Source: Bacteroidales bacterium (GTDB lineage Bacteria > Bacteroidota > Bacteroidia > Bacteroidales > SZUA-534). Taken from it: 64,000 bases of DNA. A model generated the notes under the pieces. That model was not told the DNA's origin, did not search any database, and saw only the letters and a program-made list of their open reading frames with translations. The stretch is from contig JAZUEN010000038.1 of the NCBI GenBank assembly GCA_045640185.1, positions 1,030-65,029 of the forward strand, written 5' to 3'. Shown one piece after another: positions 58,012 through 64,000 of the stretch; position 1 is the stretch's first letter, and every line of letters starts with the position of its first letter. Position numbers and translations under genes: made by a program.

Positions 58012-59198
58012 TGCACTTTCGATATTACAAGGCTTGTGTCGTTGCCGCCAAAGCCGAATGAGTTTGACACTATGTTGCGTATGGGCATGCTTATTGGTTC
58101 GCAGACAGGCGTCAACAGGCCTTCGTCCATAGGATTGCCGAACCTGACATTTGGCAATGCCATATCGTTGTTGATTGACAAGATTGACAGCACGCACTCA
58201 ATGGCGCCGGCTGCTGCAAAAGTATGTCCCGTGAAACCTTTTGTTGAACTTACCAACGGCAGTTTTTCGCCAAAGGCGCCGCAGATGGCCTTGCTTTCGG
58301 CAAGGTCGTTGGCCTGCGTTCCGGTGCCGTGAGCGTTCAGGTAATCGATGTCCGACGGCGCAAGCCCAGCCGATTCAATGGCCTTCAGCATTGTGTTGCG
58401 GGCGTATATGCCATCAGGATTGACAAGCGTCTGATGAAAAGCCTCGTTGAAATTGGCAAACCCCTTTATTTCGGCATATTTGCGCTTGTCTCTTGCCATC
58501 TCCTCCGACTCCAGGACCAGGAAGGCGGCTCCCTCGCCAGGCGTTATGCCGTTGCGGTCGCGGTCGAACGGACGGCAACCCGTAGGCGACAGAATCTCCA
58601 GAGCGTTGAATCCGTTAAGCGAGAATCGCGACAGCGCATCCATTCCGCCCACAAGCATAGTGTCGGCCAAGCCGTTGCGTATCATCCTTACGCCGTTCAT
58701 TATGGCGTTTGCCGACGACGAGCAGGCAGTGCTGATAGTAGATATGTTATGCGTGATGCCCAACTCAAGGGCGATGTATTCGGTAGTTCCCGAACAGCCG
58801 AAAGCCTGATACATCGCAAGGTCGTGGCACTTATGGCCGAGCATTTCCTCGTAGTGGGCCTCAAGCAGATCCTGACCGGCAACCGTTGTTGAGCCGACAA
58901 TGCCGATATTGCCGACGCGTGTGTCACATTGGGCCATTGCCACGGCACTTTTGGCGGCAATGAGTCCGAGCAGAAACGAACGGCTATGGTGTTCGTCAAG
59001 CGCCACACCAGCCATTTCGGCCAATTCCGAATTCGACTTGTGTATTTCGCCTACAGGAATGTCCTTCAAGGCCGAATCGAACAGTTGCAACCTGCCAATG
59101 CCGCTTTTCTTGCTTGCGAGTGAGCACAATGTCTCTTCAGGACCGATGCCTATCGACGACAGAATGCCGAATCCCGTGACAAAGACGCGAGCAGGCAT
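58008..59198 (-). CDS. beta-ketoacyl-ACP synthase (FabF/FabB-like)
   Basis: Cys-His-His triad contexts ISTACSSSANAI, YLNAHGTGTQAND and GFTGHTFAAAGA. The start is set at MPARVFVTGFG. Confidence 0.9.
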   Translation of the reverse strand: MPARVFVTGFGILSSIGIGPEETLCSLASKKSGIGRLQLFDSALKDIPVGEIHKSNSELAEMAGVALDEHHSRSFLLGLIAAKSAVAMAQCDTRVGNIGIVGSTTVAGQDLLEAHYEEMLGHKCHDLAMYQAFGCSGTTEYIALELGITHNISTISTACSSSANAIMNGVRMIRNGLADTMLVGGMDALSRFSLNGFNALEILSPTGCRPFDRDRNGITPGEGAAFLVLESEEMARDKRKYAEIKGFANFNEAFHQTLVNPDGIYARNTMLKAIESAGLAPSDIDYLNAHGTGTQANDLAESKAICGAFGEKLPLVSSTKGFTGHTFAAAGAIECVLSILSINNDMALPNVRFGNPMDEGLLTPVCEPISMPIRNIVSNSFGFGGNDTSLVISKVQ

Positions 59199-59202
59199 TA
59201 TG

Positions 59203-59475
59203 CTATTTTTCTTCGTGAGATAGGATGAACTGCGCCATTGTCCTGACAGAAGCCAGTATTTCACGGCGTTGGCGTGGGTCGTCAACGTGTATGTGGTATT
59301 CCTTTTCGAGAAGGAGAATCAACTCAATGGCATCAATAGAGTCAAGCCCCAGGCCTTCGCCTTCGCCAAACAATGGCGCATCAGGGTTTATGTCCGCAGG
59401 TGTAAGGTCCTCTATTGACAAAGCGTTGATGATTTGTAACTTAAGCGTTTCTATCAATTCTGATTCACGTTCCAT
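59203..59475 (-). CDS. acyl carrier protein
   Basis: 90 aa with the phosphopantetheine site GLGLDSIDAIELI. Confidence 0.88.
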   Translation of the reverse strand: MERESELIETLKLQIINALSIEDLTPADINPDAPLFGEGEGLGLDSIDAIELILLLEKEYHIHVDDPRQRREILASVRTMAQFILSHEEK

Positions 59476-60743
59476 TATCGTATGATTTTTTTATTTTCAC
59501 AAAGTACTGACAATGTCAGGCATAATGCAGCGAAGGCCAATAGCAGACCACATTCAGGCAGTACGGACATCCAATCGCTGTCGCGCACAAAAATATCATA
59601 AAAACCCGAAAGTCCCCAATTTAATGGCGAAATAAGACTTACCACCTGCATGGCGTGCGGCATGACGAATATCGGAATCCAGATGCCACCCACGGCAGCC
59701 ATTATCACAACCGATATTGAGCCGAAGATTGATGCCTGTTGGCTGTTTGAAGCGATACGCCCGATTGCCATTCCGTAGCCTATGGCGGCCAGCGACACCG
59801 ACAGCGACATGAGCACAAGCGCACCCACGCTGTGGCCAAGTTCGAGACGGGGCAAGCCCATTTTCGGCAAGACAAATATGCCCATAAGTATCATAACCGT
59901 TATCTGCAGAAGGCATACTACCATATAGACGGCCATCTTGCCGAACGTGTAAGCCCACACGGGGCAAGGCATAGTCTTTATGCGCAGGAAACTGCCGTCC
60001 TCACGCTCCTTTATTATATTGTTTGCCAGCGAGATGACAATGAAGAAAACCGCAAACAGGCTCCATGCAGGCACATTGTGCTGAACCGAGTTTGGCATTA
60101 CGACAGAATCGCCCTCTTGTGCATATTGTTCGCGTATGTTTATTATGTCTTGCGGAATTTCAATCTTGCCGATGCTTACGGGAAAAATCTGATTGACAGA
60201 TGCGGCCACCTCATTCAGCACAAGTTGGGTCTGCAGCCTTGCGGCATATTCGCCAATGGAACTTGCAATGGTAGCCTTGAACGAATCCTTGACCGTCGGG
60301 TCGACAAAAATCGACACGTTGTTCGGCTCAACCTCCTTCAGTTCGTACTCCGGGTCGAACGCGTGCATCACGTTTGAGCGTATGTTCTTCCGAATCTTGC
60401 GAGTGGTGCCTTCCGGAATCACAATGCCAATCTGATACTCGCCACGAGCCACCTTGCGCTCAAGCAATTCAGCCGTCAGCGAGTCGGAACCCATATCGGT
60501 TGTGATGTCGAAGATGCCCACTTCGGCAATGCTTTTCTCTATGGCACAGCCAAGCGAGTCCTTGTCGTTGTTCAGGAGCAGAAGTGGAATCTGCGTCTCG
60601 TTGACCGAGTTGTAGGTGCTATCCTGCAGATAGGTCATCAGCACTACCAATACCAAAGGCATTAGGAACATGAACGCAAGCCCGGCGATGTCGCGCGTCA
60701 GGAACAGATAGTCCTTGTATAATATCGATATGAATTTACGCAT
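59475..60743 (-). CDS. ABC-2 type transporter permease
   Basis: N-terminal TM, a large loop and a C-terminal five-TM bundle. Overlaps the ATPase gene by 8 nt. Confidence 0.8.
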   Translation of the reverse strand: MRKFISILYKDYLFLTRDIAGLAFMFLMPLVLVVLMTYLQDSTYNSVNETQIPLLLLNNDKDSLGCAIEKSIAEVGIFDITTDMGSDSLTAELLERKVARGEYQIGIVIPEGTTRKIRKNIRSNVMHAFDPEYELKEVEPNNVSIFVDPTVKDSFKATIASSIGEYAARLQTQLVLNEVAASVNQIFPVSIGKIEIPQDIINIREQYAQEGDSVVMPNSVQHNVPAWSLFAVFFIVISLANNIIKEREDGSFLRIKTMPCPVWAYTFGKMAVYMVVCLLQITVMILMGIFVLPKMGLPRLELGHSVGALVLMSLSVSLAAIGYGMAIGRIASNSQQASIFGSISVVIMAAVGGIWIPIFVMPHAMQVVSLISPLNWGLSGFYDIFVRDSDWMSVLPECGLLLAFAALCLTLSVLCENKKIIR

Positions 60744-61482
60744 TGCCTATTGATGTGCCTGTTGTTTTCAGGAAAAGGTCCTCAAGGTCAGAGCATCCGT
60801 GACGGCTGATAAGGTCGGCAGGCTCGCCAACGCAGGCTATCCGCCCCTTGTCGATGAGTGCGACGTGGTCGCAAAGCGTTTCGGCTTCGTTCAGATAGTG
60901 CGACGTATATATCAGCGTGGTGCCCTTGCTGTTCAGTGTCTTGAGATACTCGAGTATGTTGTGGCGCGTCTGCACGTCGATGCCTACGGTAGGCTCGTCG
61001 AGAAAAAGCACTTTTGGCGAATTCAGCAATCCGACAATAAGGTTCATGCTGCGTTTCATACCGCCCGAATACTTGCCCGTAAGCCTGTTGCGGTATTCCC
61101 AAAGCCCGAACTCGTTGAGCAGGCTCTCCGTCAGTTCCGACAATCTCTTGCGGGGTATGCCGTATATTCCGCCAAAAACCTTGATGTTCTCGACCGCGGT
61201 GAGCGACGGGTACAGCGCCAGGCTCTGCGGAACGACGCCAATCAGTTCCTTTATCTTGTCGATGTCGTTCAAGACAGAATATCCACAAATGGTGATGTCG
61301 CCGGCATCGGGCTTGATGAGTCCGCACATTGTGTTCATCAGGGTAGTCTTGCCCGCGCCATTAGGGCCGAGCAACCCAAACGTCGAGCCCTCGTCTATCG
61401 AAAGGCTGAGATTGTTGACAGCAGGAGTGTCGTTGCCTTTATATGTCTTGCACAAATTGCGTATGTCGATAATGGCGGCCAT
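60736..61482 (-). CDS. ABC transporter ATP-binding protein
   Basis: Walker A GPNGAGKTT, signature YSGGMKRSMNL, Walker B LFLDEPTVGID. Confidence 0.93.
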   Translation of the reverse strand: MAAIIDIRNLCKTYKGNDTPAVNNLSLSIDEGSTFGLLGPNGAGKTTLMNTMCGLIKPDAGDITICGYSVLNDIDKIKELIGVVPQSLALYPSLTAVENIKVFGGIYGIPRKRLSELTESLLNEFGLWEYRNRLTGKYSGGMKRSMNLIVGLLNSPKVLFLDEPTVGIDVQTRHNILEYLKTLNSKGTTLIYTSHYLNEAETLCDHVALIDKGRIACVGEPADLISRHGCSDLEDLFLKTTGTSIGNA

Positions 61483-61486
61483 GATG

Positions 61487-62509
61487 CTAATCCTGTACTA
61501 CTTTATTCAGATTCGTGAAAAACGTGCGCTCCCTGACGGCTATCGCCATAAGTATGTCTGACAAGTCCTGATAAGAGACCTGCTCACCTTGACGGCGCTT
61601 GAACACTCTTGAAGCCTTGTAGGCAAAATCGCGCCACATGTCGCCTATCTCAGTGATGTCGGCAGCGAATGCGTCAAGTTCGGCAATGCCGGTAATTTTC
61701 GACGCTTCCTGCAGGAACGCGCCATACATGTAGCGGAAGCCAGCGCCGCCAGTGCCTATCTCCTCGAGCATCCGCACCACCTGCGCAAGATTGAGAGCCG
61801 CACGGCGCGGTGTCATCTTCTTCTCCCAAGTCAGTATCTGACGGCTCAAGTGCTCAATTCCGTTGACACCTACAAAATTTATCCATTTGGGCTGACTTGT
61901 CATGAACCAGCAGTTCTTGCGTATCGACTTGCGTATGAGAGGCGCAAGGTCGGGCAGTTTTTCAGGCACTTTCTTGAACCAATATGTCAAACCGTAAAGC
62001 GGGTAAGTTCCTCCTTTTGCGTAGCGCACTTTCAGCAAGTCCTGCTTCGAAATGCGCACCTTTTCGAGCGCGTTCGGGTCGCTGACTATGTATTCGCCAG
62101 TCGATTCGTCCTTGCCTATTATGCAGATATTGTGACCGTTGAAATGGAACCGGTATTCCATCGGCATATACGGCAGATAGTACATTCCCACAACGCACCC
62201 CACCGGATTGCCGTCGGCAAGGTGGCTGTCAAGCGCTTTCAGAGCCTTGCCTTTATTCAGGTAACGTCGTTTGTCAACCTTTATTCCGAACATTTTGGAT
62301 ATTCGGGAGATGAATACTCCGGGGAAAGTGCGGAACGATGTGACGGCCATGCCGGACATCTTCACGAATGTCATGTGCGAGAAGAACAGACCGTACGACA
62401 GACCGAAAACCATAGGTTCCGATATCTCGATGCCGTAATACCGGAGCATATTCACAATGACTCCGTTCTCGCAGTGTGCCGCAGGCTTATGTACAAAATC
62501 GAGTTCCAT
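61487..62509 (-). CDS. BtrH-N/DUF4872-like papain-fold acyl-ACP transferase candidate
   Basis: Candidate Cys/His/Asp in AAHCENGV, FNGHNICIIG and IVSDPN. The overall layout is as I recall it for BtrH_N plus DUF4872 proteins. Confidence 0.6.
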   Translation of the reverse strand: MELDFVHKPAAHCENGVIVNMLRYYGIEISEPMVFGLSYGLFFSHMTFVKMSGMAVTSFRTFPGVFISRISKMFGIKVDKRRYLNKGKALKALDSHLADGNPVGCVVGMYYLPYMPMEYRFHFNGHNICIIGKDESTGEYIVSDPNALEKVRISKQDLLKVRYAKGGTYPLYGLTYWFKKVPEKLPDLAPLIRKSIRKNCWFMTSQPKWINFVGVNGIEHLSRQILTWEKKMTPRRAALNLAQVVRMLEEIGTGGAGFRYMYGAFLQEASKITGIAELDAFAADITEIGDMWRDFAYKASRVFKRRQGEQVSYQDLSDILMAIAVRERTFFTNLNKVVQD

Positions 62510-62910
62510 TATTCGGGCATCGTCTTTAACTGTTCAACCGTCATACGCAGGGCATCGGCATATTTGGCCAAGGTCTCGTTGTCGAGCGAGTTGAAGTTCT
62601 TAGGCTTGAAATGCCGGCGTATCCTCCATTTTGATATTCCGGTATATGTAGATAGAAGCCTCACGTCCATAAGCCCTTTAGCGGCGTAGTATTCGAGCGG
62701 GCTTGATGTTCCGTTCTTAATGCGTTTCAGGATGTCATCGCATTGTTCGTTGATTTCATCCCAAGCCAAGTCGAGGGCATCAGTCTTTACGTCCCATCCG
62801 TCGCTCACGACGCTAGTGTATTTGCCGTCGTTGTCAACCGCATAGGCTATGTCGCGGACAACATAACCTTTGGCATATTTCAAATCCTGTGGAACTTCCT
62901 CTGTCTTCAT
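62509..62910 (-). CDS. small protein with a C-terminal helix-turn-helix-like segment
   Basis: ATG at 62910 (the track start at 62922 is a TTG). The C-terminus LLSTYTGISKWRIRRHF...LAKYADALRMTVEQL resembles an XRE-type HTH. The stop overlaps the next start (TAATG). Confidence 0.45.
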   Translation of the reverse strand: MKTEEVPQDLKYAKGYVVRDIAYAVDNDGKYTSVVSDGWDVKTDALDLAWDEINEQCDDILKRIKNGTSSPLEYYAAKGLMDVRLLSTYTGISKWRIRRHFKPKNFNSLDNETLAKYADALRMTVEQLKTMPE

Positions 62911-62915
62911 TTTAT

Positions 62916-64000
62916 CTAGCAAACGGTAAGCATGCAGTACCCGTAGGAGAATCGGGCGCTTTCGGGCACCATTGCGAGCACTTTCTGCCCTTTCTTGAGT
63001 TTGCCTGATTCCATCAGTCCGTCGAGCATGGCAAACATTGATGCCGATGCTATGTTGCCTACTGTAGGCAGATTCAAGAACCAGCGTTCTTCAGGTATGT
63101 CAAAGCCGATAGATGCCAGTTCATCATGTATCAAATCCTTGAAAAACATTGATGACAGATGTGGCAGAAACCAGTCGATATCGTCGGCGGTGAAGTTGTG
63201 CTTTTTGGCCAATTCTGCCATGTAACGACCGCCAAGTTTCACTACATTCTCACCCAGAATGCGCGTATCCTGCTTTACGGCAAATATAGATTTCGACAGC
63301 CACTCGTCTTCGGGGAACAGCGACCAGCCTTTGAGCGAGCCGTCCTCCTCCTTTTCGGCGCCGGCATACATGCAAGTCTCCATTTCGTTGGCATACGATG
63401 TTATCTCAATCCAGTCTATCCGTAGCGAAAGTCCGTCGGCAACCGGCTTGTCCTCAATCATCATGGCCATTCCGGCATCTGACAGCATCCAGCGGAGAAA
63501 CTCCTTCTCGAATGCCAGCATCGGCCTTGCATCCACCTGCTTCAGCAGCTCTTCGGACTCCTTTTGGAAATACGACGCGTTAAGCCAAGCCGATGCACGC
63601 TCGGACGCGCTTGCTATGGCACGCTTTGCCAAACCTGACATTACTGACATGTAGGCGTATTTCAAGGCATCAATTCCGGCACAGCATGAGCCTGCGAACG
63701 ATACAACTTCCATATTGCGTTTGCCGCCAACAGCGCCGTGAACCATCACTCCGTGCGATGGTATCAGCTGTTCGGGCGAAGCTGTTCCGCACGACAGCAC
63801 ATCGACATCGTCGATTGTGACGCCACGTTTCTCGAGCAACGTGTTGATGGCATTGGCGGCCATCTGCACATTGGTGTGGGTTACTTTTCCATTCTCGTCC
63901 ATTGCGTAGTAACGGCTCTCTATGCCGTTTTTCCTCAAGATGATGCGTCTTGCCTTCGAAGGCTGACCGTTAATCATTCCCAAATGCTTTTCCATGTCGT
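62916..64000 (-). CDS. FabH-like beta-ketoacyl-ACP synthase III family protein (5' partial, continues right of the window)
   Basis: Cys/His/Asn contexts FAGSCCAGIDAL, FLPHLSS and TVGNIASAS. The frame is still open at nt 64000. Confidence 0.8.
   Translation of the reverse strand, partial: DMEKHLGMINGQPSKARRIILRKNGIESRYYAMDENGKVTHTNVQMAANAINTLLEKRGVTIDDVDVLSCGTASPEQLIPSHGVMVHGAVGGKRNMEVVSFAGSCCAGIDALKYAYMSVMSGLAKRAIASASERASAWLNASYFQKESEELLKQVDARPMLAFEKEFLRWMLSDAGMAMMIEDKPVADGLSLRIDWIEITSYANEMETCMYAGAEKEEDGSLKGWSLFPEDEWLSKSIFAVKQDTRILGENVVKLGGRYMAELAKKHNFTADDIDWFLPHLSSMFFKDLIHDELASIGFDIPEERWFLNLPTVGNIASASMFAMLDGLMESGKLKKGQKVLAMVPESARFSYGYCMLTVC

Overview
The window reads as a Bacteroidota (Bacteroidales-like) chromosomal segment. 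Evidence for that placement: a T9SS C-terminal sorting domain, gldF/gldG-type genes, A-rich leaders with no Shine-Dalgarno, repeated matches to the Bacteroides -7 promoter box TAnnTTTG, and the order purH-mreB-mreC-mreD-mrdA-rodA. About three quarters is tightly packed housekeeping: rplM-rpsI-rpsB-tsf, mutS, prfB, the mre/mrd/rodA block, purH, ispH, cmk, rnpA, dnaN, several peptidases, and tRNA-Asn and tRNA-Arg. I found no rRNA, CRISPR array, transposase, integrase or phage gene. The most interesting part is the right-hand 15.5 kb (48560-64000, minus strand, running off the window). It is a translationally coupled lipid/polyketide-type cluster: FabH-like KS, small HTH-like protein, BtrH-like transferase, ABC exporter, ACP, KS plus an inactive KS partner, GT2-DUF2062, an MMPL-acyltransferase-methyltransferase fusion and a C45 acyltransferase. 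Its parts list matches aryl-polyene/flexirubin-type clusters. The cluster is interrupted by a stand-alone AAA+ ATPase / PD-(D/E)XK (DUF4143-type) gene. Upstream of that gene sits a 33-bp tandem array that repeats a -7 promoter box and copies the gene's own start region. Other observations: a 34-nt intergenic element present twice (32/34 identical) upstream of deoC and prfB; a recurring GGGGA-N11-TCCCC hairpin family; a run of four hairpins in the mutS/tlpA divergent spacer; a frameshifted AT-rich FISUMP-type gene; an AT-rich TlpA-like paralogue next to tRNA-Asn; and a small ORF with an in-frame amber codon. All calls rest on reading the sequence and ORF translations. No homology search, folding or composition calculation was run, so family names are motif- and memory-based and GC statements are by eye.
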